Shown here piece after piece: positions 29,356-50,779 of a stretch of 64,000 nucleotides of DNA. This stretch comes from Octopus vulgaris (taxonomy: Eukaryota): contig OX597841.1 of NCBI GenBank assembly GCA_951406725.2, positions 1,612,001 to 1,676,000 on the forward strand, read 5' to 3'. Position 1 is the first letter of the stretch; every line of letters starts with the position of its first letter. The notes beneath the pieces are model-generated. The model did not search any database. It was not told the DNA's origin and saw only the letters and a program-made list of their open reading frames with translations. The position numbers were made by a program, and so were the translations under genes.

Positions 29356-30179
29356 TATTTATGCGTGTGTGAGCATTTGTGTATATGTATGTGTGTGTGT
29401 ATGCAGTGTACATGTGCGTATGTATGCGTGTGTGAGCATTTGTGTATGTGTATGTGTGTGTGTGTGTGTGTGTGTGTATGTATGCAGTGTACATGTGCGT
29501 ATGTATGCGTGTGTCAGCATTTGTGTATATGTATGTGTGTGTGTGTGTGTGCATGCAGTGTACATGTTTGTGTGTGTGTGTGTGTGAGCATTTGTGTATA
29601 TGTATGTGTATGTGTGTATATGTGTGTGTGTGTGTATGCCTGTATCTTTAAACCACTTAATGATTACGAATCACCGATACTTCCTACAATGCCCAACCTC
29701 ATCAACACCACCACTTCCGTAAACATCACAGCCTTCATCCCCACCGCCCTCCCCCCACTCAGTAACCAGAGAGCCAGCACCGCGACAATACCACCATCAC
29801 CCCCACCCCACCCACACCCCCACCCGACACCACCGCACCTACCATCACCACCATCATCTGCAACACCATTATCACTACCACCACCACCACCACCACCATT
29901 GCCACTTCCAGCATCACCCCCACACACTTCTCCAACACCACAACCACACCCACCACAACCGCACTCGTCTTTCCCACTCCTACCATCACTAACACCCCCA
30001 CCACCCCACCCCATCATCACCACCAACAACAACAACAGCAACGACAACGGACACATCTTATTGATTTCGCGTCTGTTTATCGAATCTGCTCGGTGAAGCG
30101 TGACTGTTCATAATGGCACATAACACCCCCTGTTTTGTAGTGTGTTAGCGGAGATATATTAGCAAATTGGACAGAATTC

Positions 30180-30484
30180 ATTTCAATCAAGTCTGCTGAC
30201 CAAAGTGGACATCATTGGCTATTGTACAGAGGCGTGATATCAGCAGATATTCGTGACAGAAGCGGATACTCTTGCCATCGGTGGACAGTTCGAAAACCTG
30301 GGTTCCGGTTTCACATTTAGAGACAGTGTTGACGTCCGTTGTAATCCTGAAAGCAACGAACAATAGCATTAGCAGAAGCTCTGGATTAATACCAAGGGAC
30401 AGTGACGTGGACATAAACACACCAGCATCGGTTGTCAAGCAATGCTAGGAGGACAAACACAGACACACAGACGTACACGCACAC

Positions 30485-30522
<38 letters not shown>

Positions 30523-31141
30523 TCTTTTCAGTTTCTGTTGAAGTTTTGAAAGCAGTGGATAATATACTTTCTATTATAGGCACAAGGCCTGAAATTTTGT
30601 AAAAAAAGGATAATCAATAACACAGAATTTTGCTCAACTGGTACTCGTTATTGAGTCGAAAAAGACGAAAGGCAAAGTTGACCTCGGCGGCATTTGAAAG
30701 AGGTGAATAATATTGGCATTTGGAGGAGATCTGGCTTGACATCTACGGACAGTGTTGACCTGTGATCTAAGGTAACACCTCTTCTTTTTCGAGCACCTTC
30801 CGGAGTATTCGAGCGGTTCTAAGCGATACTGTTTTCTGCAAGTGCTCTACACTTATTGCAGCCCCTATTTGTTCCTTGTACTTCTCGAGATTTTTGCTCA
30901 CTGTTCCTAGGGCTCCGACAATTATTGGTACTACTGCTACCTTTTTCATCGACCACAACTGCTTAACTTCCCAAGCTAACTTGTCATATCTTGTGGCCAA
31001 CCTTGATATTTTGGAACATTACTAATATAAGTGGACGGTCATCCCAGCTGAGGAAATTACTGGACAGCCATAGAGGACAGATTTAACAAATTCTCCCGTT
31101 GACCACTGAAAGCGTAGGTGCTGCCAGTAGCCCCACCAAAG
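30180..31141 (+). other. Putative 5' leader exon region of paralog C, interrupted by repeat fragments
   Basis: Ends CCCCACCAAAG|GTAGGT. 31003-31141 matches the A leader (TTGATATTTTGG..TAAGTGGACGG); 30200-30355 matches the D leader. Confidence 0.5.
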
Positions 31142-31976
31142 GTAGGTTTTGTTTCATAATCTAAATACTTCGTGTGCATGAGTGAGCGGTTGTTTGTGCT
31201 TGTGTCTGAACCTGCGCGCGTATATGTGTATGTGTTCGTGTGTATATGCGTGCGTATGTAGATGTATGTGTGTGTTTGTATGTGTGTCTGCGTGCGTGCG
31301 TGTGTGTGTGTGTGTGTGTGTTAGATTTAAGAATACGATGCGTGGTGTAGCGGTTAAAGTCCTGTGGTCTCCCACGGTCATAAGATTGTGATATCTGAAC
31401 CCTTCGACAAGGTACTTCAATTTCACGTTACTTCAGTCCCCTCTATTTAAAATAAGCACAGCTGACAGCTGGAGAAGTGTCAACCCCTGTGATGGACGGA
31501 TGTTCTCTTAATCAGGTAGTATTGTACTCTCGGTCATTCAAACTCCTTACAAATGGTAACAAGTTGCGGCCTGATGGACTTGGAGGCTCGGGACAGTCTT
31601 TAAACTTATAACTCTTTTTGTTGAGTCGTAACTGAGCAGATCTATAACCACAGTTTTTCAGGCCGTAACGATCTCATCATTTATTCAGAAATACAATAAC
31701 TATGGCTATATTATCAGGGTGTCGTAGGTGTAATAATCATTAATGTTTTTGTTTTTGCCGTTTTGCTCCTGGACAAGCCCGATCGAGCTGTGCTATTGTC
31801 AAAGGTATTCCGCTCGCGATCATCCTGTTTTTATTTACACGTATCTGGGACAATTCTCTGTCAGTCTGTTTGCCCGTCTGTCGCTGTCTCTGTCTGTTTG
31901 TCTTTTCTCTCTCTATTCCCCCAAAAGATCTTCCATCACCCTATTTGGCGTCATTAAAAACATAATAATAGTAATG

Positions 31977-32031
<55 letters not shown>

Positions 32032-32092
32032 CAACAACAACAACAGCAAAAATAATAATAGCAGAAACAGCAACAATAATAAGAACAATAAA

Positions 32093-32125
<33 letters not shown>

Positions 32126-32130
32126 TAATA

Positions 32131-32232
<102 letters not shown>

Positions 32233-32516
32233 TAAAAATAATAATACTAAAAATAATAATAATAATAATAGAGAAGAGCATTGTCGATGTGAGAACTATT
32301 ACTACCCATGTATTTTAATTTCACTTTAAAAAAAAATGAACGAACTATTGAGTTGAGTTTAATGCCCTACCAATGTATACTATGAGTTTCTTTGCCCTAG
32401 GAGTCGGGAAGGCACTCGGCAAGAAATGGAAGCAAATTTGAAAGAAGCAAAAAAGAATAATAATGATACTGATAATAATGATAATAATAATAATACTGAT
32501 AATAATAATAATAATA

Positions 32517-32581
<65 letters not shown>

Positions 32582-32582
32582 G

Positions 32583-32740
<158 letters not shown>

Positions 32741-32746
32741 AATAAT

Positions 32747-32796
<50 letters not shown>

Positions 32797-33861
32797 GTGA
32801 ATTCCGAATACAACCAATTTCGGAATTAGAGATAGATATACAAGAAACAAGCACAGGAAAAGCTAGGCGCATGAAAACCCGTGCCAAAACTGCGGCCTTA
32901 GATATTCTGAATGGCAAGAAAAACCTCTCTATGGCAAATACCCAAAGAGAGCGAATAATGCAGATATCGACAAAGCCCTGACCCATCAATGGCTAATGGC
33001 CTCTGGCTTAAAATCTGAAACAGAGGGGTTTATCATAGCAGCTCAAGATCAATGCCTACCAACAAGAAACTACCAGGCCAACATATTAAAGAACGGCAGT
33101 AGCCCAACATGTCGTGTATGCCGACAACAAAATGAAACCATTGACCATGTTGTCTCCAAATGCAGTCTTCTAGCGCCTACAGAGTACCTCAGTAGGCATG
33201 ATAGAGCTGCACAATATATTCACTGGGTAATTTGCAAAAACCTGGATTTGCCCCATGAAAAAAACTGGTGGGAACACAATCCACCTCCTGTGCTTGAAAA
33301 TGACCACATCTCACTCCTCTGGAACTTCACCATTCAAACTGACAGGAAGATAGATGCAAATAGGCCAGACATTATATTGAAAGACTTCAGACAAAGAACA
33401 TGCCTCCTCATTGATATGACTGTCCCAATCGATATAAACGTATCTGTCAAGACCTACCAAAAACTGAGCAAATATAAAGATCTTGAAATAGAAATCAGCA
33501 AAATGTGGAAGCTGAAGACTAAAACAATACCTGTTGTCATAGGTGCCCTGGGAATGATAGCGAAAGGGACTGACTGCTACCTAACTCAGATACCAGGAAA
33601 CCCCAAAATGGCAGAAATTCAAAAGATAGTGCTCATGGGAACTGCTCATATCTTACGCAAAATACTCTCTATGTAATCCCAAGGTTTAAAACAAACTTTT
33701 TTTTTTTATTTATTTTTTTATGTATTAGACATTCACTAGTACAACACCAAAAAAAAAAAAAACCCTAAATATATGGCACAGAACTTCCAACCTGTTGTCT
33801 CTTGAGGTCTCTGGGTGAGACTTGGAGCCAACTTGTACAGACATAAAGCAAAAAGTCAGAT
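32797..33861 (+). mobile_element. R4/Dong-like subfamily 2, 5'-truncated (RLE ORF 32996-33676)
   Basis: GLKSETEGFIIAAQDQ, CRVC..H..C, RHD, RPDII, KLSKY; (AAT)n on both sides. Confidence 0.85.
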
Positions 33862-33913
33862 AATAAGAATAATAATAATAATAATAATGATAATAATAAT
33901 AATAATGATAGTG

Positions 33914-33957
<44 letters not shown>

Positions 33958-34020
33958 AATAATAATAATGATAATGATAATAATGATAACAATAATAATG
34001 ATAATAATCATAATAATAAT

Positions 34021-34107
<87 letters not shown>

Positions 34108-34220
34108 CAATAATAATAATAATGATAACAACAACAACAGCAATAATAATAATAATAATAATAATAATGATAATAATAATAATAATAATAATGATAATAA
34201 TAATTATAATAACAATAATG

Positions 34221-34254
<34 letters not shown>

Positions 34255-34501
34255 TAATAATAATAATAATAATATACGCTGTTTTCTTTTCGATCACATC
34301 TTTGTAAAACATTGTTCTTCGTTGCCACACTTTTTCTTCCTCAATCATTTTTTCTATCTTGTTTCGGTTTCTCGTCTCCCCTTCAAGCCCCCCACCCTGT
34401 ACCTCTTCTTTGTTTCCCACCCTTACGCACCTCATCCTTGTCTTTACCTTTTTCTTTATTTCTCTCTTTCCTGTCTCTGTTTCCGCTGATTCTAGAGCAG
34501 G

Positions 34502-41143
<6,642 letters not shown>

Positions 41144-41934
41144 TATCGATCGCAGGATATCCACACCAAGCGCTATTCTGAGTGTTAACTGTTGTTGTTG
41201 TTGCTATCGGCCGATCCCAAGTCGACCACCACCAATGCTCACAATTCAACTGATCAATGCCACCCCACCCACACACACACACACACCTCCCCGAAAGGAT
41301 GAAAGGCAAAGTCGACCTCGGCGGAATTTGAACTCACAACGTAACGCAGACGAAATACCGCTAAGCATTTCGCCCGGCGTGCTACATACGTATGCATATA
41401 CATATAATATATATATATCTCTTGGATACTTACCATTGGCTGCACCTCTCTTTCGCGGATCAAAGTGACTTTGCATTGATGTGAAATCCTTAAAAAATAT
41501 ACCACGACGTCTACACATTTCTCACCTTGAACTTTCAACCTTGAACTTGTTCGCATAAACTGTCCCGTTTGTTGTATTTTTATTTTCTCTTATATTACCA
41601 CTTTTTTTACATTCATTCCATGCTTCCCACATTTTCCTGAATTTTTGTTCTCCTTTCCGTCTTTCTTCCCTCTCTGGATGTCCATACTCCGTTTCCTCTG
41701 CCTGCACCCCCCTTTTTTGCCTCCCCCTCTCTCTGCTTCCCTTCTTTCTTTCCTTTTCCGTTTGCCCCGTCTTTTCTGCCCCTATCGCTTACTTATCTAG
41801 TTTTTTCATACGATTATTATTTTTTTGTTTTTTTGAACGTTTCTTTTTTCCCCTTTTTTCGCTATCCCTTTTTTTCTATTTTTTTCATTCGATAATTTTT
41901 GTTTTTTGTTTTTTTTGTTTTTTCGAACGTTTTT

Positions 41935-42405
41935 TTCGAACAGCTGTTCATGCAGGAATAAAGAATTGTGCCCGCTAAATGGAGCTTGCATGTCCAAGAC
42001 CATCATATATGAAGCTACCGTAAACTCTATAACCACTAAAGACACCATTTCGACGAAGAAATACGTGGGCCTGACAGAGGTAATTTCAAGGCCAGGTTCA
42101 ATAACCACACTTTGAGCTTTAGGCACTGGAACAAAAGAAAAGCGACACAATTATCCAATCATATTTGGTCTTTAAGAGATAAAGGTGTCGATTATAACAT
42201 ACAATGGAAGATTTTGGCCAGATGTAAGCCCTATACTAACGGCAGCGGAAGGTGCGGTTTATGCGACATGGAGAGATGGCTTATCTGGAAAAGCAGCTTA
42301 GACCCTACCACATGTCTAAATACAAGGACAGAGCTTTTCGGATCATGCCCACATGTGACTAAATTTCTGTTACGTTTTTGGTCCCCTAAAGAAAACGGAT
42401 AGAAC
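41935..42405 (+). mobile_element. Second Penelope-like family, frameshifted GIY-YIG remnant
   Basis: CSCRNKELCPLNGAC..IIYEATV..YVGLTE / SFRH..TQLSNHIWSL..WKIL..CGLC..E..LNTRTEL..CPH. Confidence 0.75.
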
Positions 42406-42678
42406 ATGCTTTCTGTGTTATGTCCCAAGAAGATTTTATATATTTTTATATATTTTTATGTATTTTTATATAATTTTTATGACGAAAAATGCGAGCGATG
42501 TATAAGCACGCAGGCAAAGCAGAGTTATAACAGAGTAATTTCCCTTCATTTTTAACGGTATTTTTTCATAACGTTTTCAAATAGCCAGATAACCGAAGAG
42601 ATGGTGTTGTGGATTTCCACTTCGGCATCTGAAACTCAGAGTTTTATCTTGACTACCGAGTAATGTAACATATTGTAT

Positions 42679-42743
<65 letters not shown>

Positions 42744-43450
42744 CGTATGCATATAATATATATATATATATGTATATATACATATCCATACTCATCGTCA
42801 GGCTGAGTCGATATCTTTGCAAGTGTCACAACCAAAGCTTTTATTAAACAGCACACCAACTCCAGAGACTTAACCCTACCACTTCACACAGCCATCATTG
42901 TTGTTTTGTTCTATTCAACTGCTTCCCTCTAAGGACTGGTACACGCGGTATCCAAAGAAACAAGACCAAAACATCCACCACGAAGCACCACATTACGCCA
43001 CAGCAATCGACCACCACAGCAGCTGCGAATTGTCGTCCGTTGTTAAAACTCAAGCAACAACAATGGAATCATTACTGCCATCACTGTTTCTATAACATGA
43101 ACCACGCTTAAATTATTGACTTCTATTAACCACCATTATAATCATATATATATATATTCTTGTTTCACATTTATGTTTTTAATCCGGTATATATATATAT
43201 ATATATATACAAATTATATATGTTTTTATTATTTTTTTGCAATTTACTTAATCATTGACATTTTACTGTTATTTTAATTTAAATATTTCTATTATATGTA
43301 ATTTTCTAGATGGTTCCTTTTGAATTGATAAAAGGTGTTTTTTTTCTAATTTTATATATATAAATTATATTGTGTGAAATTTGATTTAGTATTTCTAAAT
43401 TGAATTTTTTTTCCTTGTAAGTTTTAGATTTTATTCCCTCAAATAATAAT

Positions 43451-43509
<59 letters not shown>

Positions 43510-43707
43510 ATCCAAACCAGAAAGCACAAAAAACACAACAACGCGAGGACGTGGAACAAATATAGTATTACTGGACGCTCAGGAAAGAAGGAAAGAAGGA
43601 GGATTTAACGTTTCGAGTAGAGCTATTCGTCGGAAACATAGGAGAAGGAAAGATCCAAAGAAGGAAGACAGAGGGAAAAAAATCACCAACGGTACACACG
43701 CGGTCAC

Positions 43708-43757
<50 letters not shown>

Positions 43758-45108
43758 TATATAGATTTATTTCTAGACAACAGTTAAATGTTTTATTTAT
43801 GCTGGGAAACACAACTCCTATGAATAATGTAAAAATATATATCCGCAAGTCATCTGGAAATGAACAAGATTAAAAAGAAGCGACGAGTATGGATTTTGTG
43901 GACATGTTGCTCATGTTTTAAGCCATCATTAACTCATCGCTTAAAAGCTAGTATCTGTGTTGAACGATTTGTAATAGTGTTTGTGTGTAGTATGCAAACA
44001 GCATAGGAAATTCAATGTGTTAGAGTAAATATTTGATATATTAATTTATCTCAATCTTTCAATATTACGTCTAAGAATTTCGAGCCCATATTATCTGACA
44101 ATCACCAGACAAGGCTGGTTGGTTAAATTAATTCTTATATTGACTATTGTTGTTGCTGTTGCTGCTGCTGTTGAGCGAACGGTCATCGTCCCAGAGCTCG
44201 CAAGATTGGAGAAGTCCGAAACGTGGTCCTTTGCTATTCGTAAGACCCGCAGAAGAGAAAGCAGGTCAACCCCCTACACCGAGAGCATCAACGGATAGAT
44301 GAATGCGCATCCAAGCTCAGCGGTTGCGTAGGAAGTCGGGGACAAGAAACAGGAAGAAAGAGTGAGGGGAAGTTGTGGCGAAAGAGTACAACAGGGGTCG
44401 CCACCACCCCCTGTCGGAGCCTCGTGGAGCTTTAGGTGTTTTCGCTCAATAAACACAGACAATGCCTGGTCTGGGAATCGAAACCGCGATCTCCGACCGC
44501 GAGTCCGCTGCCCTAACCATTGGGCCATGGCGCCTCCACGACTATTGTTGTTCGGGTGGTGAGCTGGCCAAATTGCGAGCACGGCGGGCATAATGCTTAG
44601 CGATATTTCGTCTGTCTTTGTGCTTTGAGTTCAAATTCCGACGCGGTCGACTTTTCCTTTCCTTGTTTCCGGGTCGATAAAATAGGTATCAGCTAAAAAC
44701 TGAGGATAGATAAAATCGACCACACATGAAATTGCTGGCCTTGTGTTAAAATTTGAAACTTATGTTGACTATTGTTTACGCGATATGCTTTCAGGTTTTA
44801 ATGAATTCATGTTTGTGTGATAGAAAAGGCTTAGATCGATAAGTTCGATAAAGCCCCAACCATCAGTAAGATCAGCGCTGACATAAGGTCAATATGGCGG
44901 CACTCACACGAACAAATAAACTGAAAAATAAGTAATAGTTAATTTAGATATGATACAAAATAGAGAGTGAGGTGGGGAAAAGAAAATAGATGTGAGATAT
45001 GCAGGGATATTGAATTTGTAGATCCATTTTTTTAGGCAAAATGGTATACATGTAAGATTTCAATACTTTATGAGTAAGATCCGACAGTACGGAAAAATTT
45101 ATATATAA

Positions 45109-45609
45109 TACTAGCAGTATCGCCCGGCGTTGCTCGGGTTTGTAAGGGAAATAACTATATAAGCATTTTTAGAGAGTTACTTCTCTTATAGATGCCAATT
45201 CGGGCTTTCTTAGCCATTTCTGTTTTGGTGTCTTCAAGCCATGAAGTTGTTGTTCTAAAAGAACGCTGGTCTCCTTGACAACGCTTTACGACGTTGATTT
45301 CCTTACACTCCCTTCCCCACAGCTTCACGAGGGAGGGAAGAAGGGGGAGAAGCAAACACAGGTGCAGGTGTGACCATGGACGCCAACTCCGCCGCCATCG
45401 ACACACGAAAAATTATGCATTAAAATGGAATAAAAAATTATGTTAAATTATTTTTAAAATCGAAGACTCATCGTAGACGCGCGCTAATAGCCAGACGGGC
45501 TCGATATTAATCACGACTATAAGATACCCGAATTTGGTTAAACTGCACCGCAAAATGTGGGAGGAGTTAGGAATCTAAATCGTAGGAGACAGACACTCAC
45601 ACAACTACA

Positions 45610-45620
<11 letters not shown>
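45109..45620 (+). mobile_element. Second copy of the Helentron-like element
   Basis: Colinear with 4364-4879. Confidence 0.65.
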
Positions 45621-45662
<42 letters not shown>

Positions 45663-46062
45663 TCCTTACTCCTTTACTTGTTTCAGTCATTTGACTGCGG
45701 CCATGCTGGAGCACCGCCTTTTAGTCGAGCAACTCGACCCCGGGACTTATTCTTTTTGTAAGCCCAGTACTTATTCTATCGGTCTCTTTTTGCCGAACCG
45801 CTAAGTGACGGGGACGTAAACACACCAGCATCGGTTGTCAAGCAATGCTAGGGGAACAAACACAGACACACAAACATATATATATATATATATAGAATTA
45901 TACGACAGGCTTCTTTCAGTTTCCGTCTACCAAATCCACTCACAAGGCATTGGTCGGCCCGGGACTATAGCAGAAGACACGTGCCCAAGATGCCACGCAG
46001 TGGACTGAACCCAGAACCATGTGGTTGGTTAGCAAGCTACTTACTACACAGCCACTCCTGCG

Positions 46063-46145
<83 letters not shown>

Positions 46146-46147
<2 letters not shown>

Positions 46148-46462
46148 TTAAATCCTTAAATCCTTAAAAATGTTTTAGCCCGAAGGCCGCGGCCATGCTG
46201 GTGCACCACCGCTGAATGAGCTACACTAATTTGTGAATCCACCTCTGATACGTGGCACTTCATCAACAAGGGAGTTCGATGCTGCTGCCCGCATCCGCGT
46301 CTCCTGTCGTGAGGTAGGTTCATCTGGGACTCCCAACAAGAAGAGATCCAGTTTAGTTTTAAAGAAACCCACATCCACACCATGTAAGTCTCTCAGGCAT
46401 TTAGGGAGGATGTTAAAGAGCTGTGGTCCTCTGAAACCCAAGCTGTTGCAGTATCTGGACCT
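46146..46462 (-). mobile_element. CR1/L2-group LINE 3' end
   Basis: FRGPQLFNILPKCLRDL....FKTKLDLFL..VPDEP; short tandem tail (TTTAAGGA)n. Confidence 0.65.
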
Positions 46463-46468
46463 GTATAT

Positions 46469-46503
<35 letters not shown>

Positions 46504-46689
46504 ATTACAAATTGAGATAAGGGTTGTGAGTGCAACCCACCATGGGATAACAAATATTCAATATACTGCTAGTAAAGCACCCAACAAAGTTAATACATAA
46601 ATGTTAAGAATTGCGATGCCATTAATTCATTTATTGTATTATATGGGCAAAGGTAAAATGTTTTACCACAAATTAATAATACAAAATAA

Positions 46690-46850
46690 GAAAATGGAGA
46701 AATACACCTTAATCAATAATCAACTACCAGATAATATCCAATCACATAATTTATTAAACCACTACATATGAACATCAAGGGTTAATAAATTATGTGATTG
46801 GGTATTATCTGGTAGTTGATTATTGATTAAGGTGTATTTCTCCATTTTCC
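46690..46850. repeat. Inverted repeat, ~70-bp arms with a 19-nt loop
   Basis: GAAAATGGAGAAATACACC...TTAACC / GGTTAA...GGTGTATTTCTCCATTTTC. Confidence 0.8.
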
Positions 46851-46860
46851 TTTTTTGTAT

Positions 46861-46958
<98 letters not shown>

Positions 46959-46967
46959 AACTTATAC

Positions 46968-47006
<39 letters not shown>

Positions 47007-47044
47007 TGAACATAGATACTGATATATATGCCTGAACATAGATA

Positions 47045-47096
<52 letters not shown>

Positions 47097-47106
47097 TATA
47101 TATGCA

Positions 47107-47157
<51 letters not shown>

Positions 47158-47781
47158 AAACACACATCTGTGTGCGTGTGTGTGTGGCACATACAAGTAT
47201 AGAAGGCATGTGAAGGAAACGCCATTGATTACAGTAATCAAAATCTTCCGCTCTATTTACTCACAACAACGGAACGATTGTTCGTATTAATTGATGGATT
47301 TATGTAAACATAATAGCGGCAACCTTTTACAAACCTGTGGTTCATGATGCACACACTGTTGTCATAAAGGCAACGTACCCATTGTGTGAGTAGAGATCGA
47401 TAAAAGAAATAAAAACCTGACATAAAACCTTGGATCGATGCAATCGAAAAGAAAAACAAAAGAAAATCCTTTAGGTGTCTTTGTGACAAAATGGCCGCTT
47501 TTCAGTTAAGTGAAAGTGTAAAAGCATAGATTGTCATGTCAGACAAATTCGTCTGATTTCCTGTTCCTGCACGATTTTGACAAATTATTGTAGTAGTAGT
47601 AGTAGTGTGAGAGAGAGAGAGAGAGAGACAGTAAGAGAGAGTGAGAGAGAGATAAACTGAGAGAAGTTGAGCGAGAGAAAGAAACAAAGAAAACTACATG
47701 GTGTGAGAGAGATAAGAGGCAGAAGAGGAAGTGTGTATATATTTTTGCATATGTAATATACATATTCTTATGCGTATAGAC

Positions 47782-47835
<54 letters not shown>

Positions 47836-47876
47836 TAACTTTAAATATAAATATAAATATATATAAATATATATAA

Positions 47877-47910
<34 letters not shown>

Positions 47911-48883
47911 ATATATATATATAAATATATAAATATATGTATAAATATGCGTTTGTGTGTGTGTGTTTGTATTCTGTATGTATAGGTCAATGTAGAAAGG
48001 AGAAACAAATGATTTTGCAAGACTTGACAATGACGTTTAATGTACTTTTGCTATAAAGGTAGAGATATAACTAAATTACATTAAATGTCCTTACCAAGGC
48101 ATGTCAAATTGTTTACCTTTCGTTTTGTACTTAAACCGATACCTGCTCTTCTTGCAGCTTTGGATAAATCAGTCAAAAATTCACAACTTCAACTCCAACT
48201 CAAAGCGGAACTCTAGTGGCATACATATATTTGAACCCTCAGAGCGCATACTTCAGACAGCCTGCCGAAAACTATATGAGTGTATAGGGATAAAATTATC
48301 CAGATGGGTATCGTGGTAGCTCTCAGGTATATTCCAGGTTACGGCTAGCCTCATCAAGTATTAATAAGCGTCAATGATGGTTTGGTATTAACAACAACGC
48401 TTTATATCTTGTGACCTGTAACTCCCTGGATTATGAAGATTATTAGGAATGTAACTTGCAAACAATAATAAAGAACACAGAGACAGGTACATCATCAAAT
48501 CGTTCATTTAATTGTACACTGATTCATTACAACAGCAGATCAGCTATTTTGATAACTGATCGTTAGTAAAGAGACACATACACAAATAGTCGGATTGATA
48601 TGGTATTGAATTTCTATTTCAGCAATACCGATAGATATATTGTCATGAAACGTGCGTTGTCTATATAATTTAATATATGACTTAGAATAGTATTTGTAGA
48701 TATTAATTTGATAAAATTTAATCTTATATTTCTCCATCATAGATAATGTCGTTCAATGTTGTTTGAGTTGCTTGAAGGTGGTTCTGTCTCATAAACCTAT
48801 ATATGTATGTAATACAGCGAGAAATTAATTTCAGTTCTACTAAATTGAATTTCTTTCCCCTGTGAACTCGGAAATAACTTACC

Positions 48884-48969
<86 letters not shown>

Positions 48970-49145
48970 ACATATATATATATATATGCATGTATATATG
49001 TATGTATACATATATGTATATATATATATGTGTGCGCGTGTGGGTAATGTTTGTTGCCACCTCAACATGGTTAACATGACACAATATCTGTGTCCGATAT
49101 ATTGCGCGCTAGGGATCGAACACCTCCCTTCCAGTGGTGGCAGGA

Positions 49146-49193
49146 CCAGTAGACCAGTATTGGTTTCAGGGTCTTACCCTTCATCAGTACCAG
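49146..49193 (-). ncRNA. Candidate type I hammerhead ribozyme
   Basis: CUGGUA-CUGAUGA-AGGG(UAAGA)CCCU-GAA-ACCA(AUAC)UGGU-C^-UACUGG: canonical core, three stems and a GUC cleavage site. Confidence 0.75.
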
Positions 49194-50727
49194 ATACATA
49201 TATACATAGCTTATCTGTGTACCTAGACTCAGCCATAATTAATTATAACACCGAATTACAAGTCAATGGCCAGGATGTTTTGAATCGCCATCTATCTGTG
49301 TGCATGTTTGAGTGAGTAGGGGTTTGTGTTATCTTTATAATAAACATGCACCGAAAATTTCCATGTTTCATGTAAAAACATGTAGTGAGAAACTGGTGAA
49401 AACTGTTCTTTTTATGTCTGTAAGATCAATGGAAAAAGTTGGAGGCCGGTGTGTTTGTGCCTGCATTTGTCATAAAATGCAGAAAAATCGTTTGATATGT
49501 CAAATATCAGTTGTTAAAACTGATTGTGCACTGGTTCAGATCTATGTATTCATTGCACCAGCTTTGTTGATGGATTTGAATGAATTTCTACAATAGATGC
49601 CTTGAGTGGAACGACGTGAAACACCAGCATCAAAAGATCCAGTCACCTGGCATTAATACTATAACGCCAGCATCACAAAAAGCGCAGCAACGACGTTACT
49701 AACATCAGAACTCCTTCAGTATCTACTTAGCTGTATTTTCTATATCTTTTGTGAAGCGCATGTCTCTCTTAATTCAAGGACTTTCTCCTACATAACGAGC
49801 AAACGAGGCGTTTTGAAAAGCTTTTGTTTTCACTTCAGTAGAGAAATACTGGCATACAAGTAAACGAGCTTTATCTGATGGGATGGTACTGACAGCAGTG
49901 GACAGCCTCTGTGTTTTATTCATTTAGGGCCATACCAGAATCTGTAAGTAATGCTGATAAGAAAACATAGGACTGGGAGCAGTGACCAGTGAATAACCTA
50001 GATATCTGTAGACTCTATTGTTGGTAACAGAAGAAAATATTGACAGTAGAAGACGGCAGGAAGGGCAGAGAAAAGCTGTGCCATTAATGAACAATCCTGT
50101 CATCAGCTCCTCACATAACTATCTAAAGAGTGTAGGGGCGGCCCTCAACCCCAGTGAAAGTAAGTGTTTAATTTTTTTCTATCGCATTCTGTTTTGCCTG
50201 TGAACGTATGTATTATGATAAGGGATGTAGATGTTAAGATTAGTGTGTGTGTTTACATTGTGAAGTGAGCAAGAGTTTGTGAAGTTCCTCAAACACCAGA
50301 TCAACTCTGATCTATGACTTATATAATTCCAAATGTGGCCATCTCATCTTTTGTTAAGTCAATGGCTACAACATCCGCCTGCGTTTTTCCCTTTTTTTTT
50401 CATCTCCGTTCCTGGTACCCTTCCCTCGTCTTAAACTTAACGTAAATTAATCCCTCCTATGGCCCTCACCAATTTACTTCCCTTGCAGAAAATTCATTTC
50501 TCCTTTCTTTATTTTTTCTTTCTTTTTATCTACGATGTATATGTAGATAAGTTACGGGGACGTAAACACACCAGCATCGGTTGTTAAGCGATGTTGGAGT
50601 GACAAACGCATACACACAAACATATACATACATACATACAAACATATATATATATATATATATATATATACTACATACATATAAACACATATATCTATAT
50701 ATCTATATCTATCTATCTATCTATCTA

Positions 50728-50779
<52 letters not shown>

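Noticed and set aside
29305-30096. Pro-rich extensin-like ORF
   Set aside because: (GT)n plus degenerate (CCA)n low-complexity sequence, with no splice or homology support.
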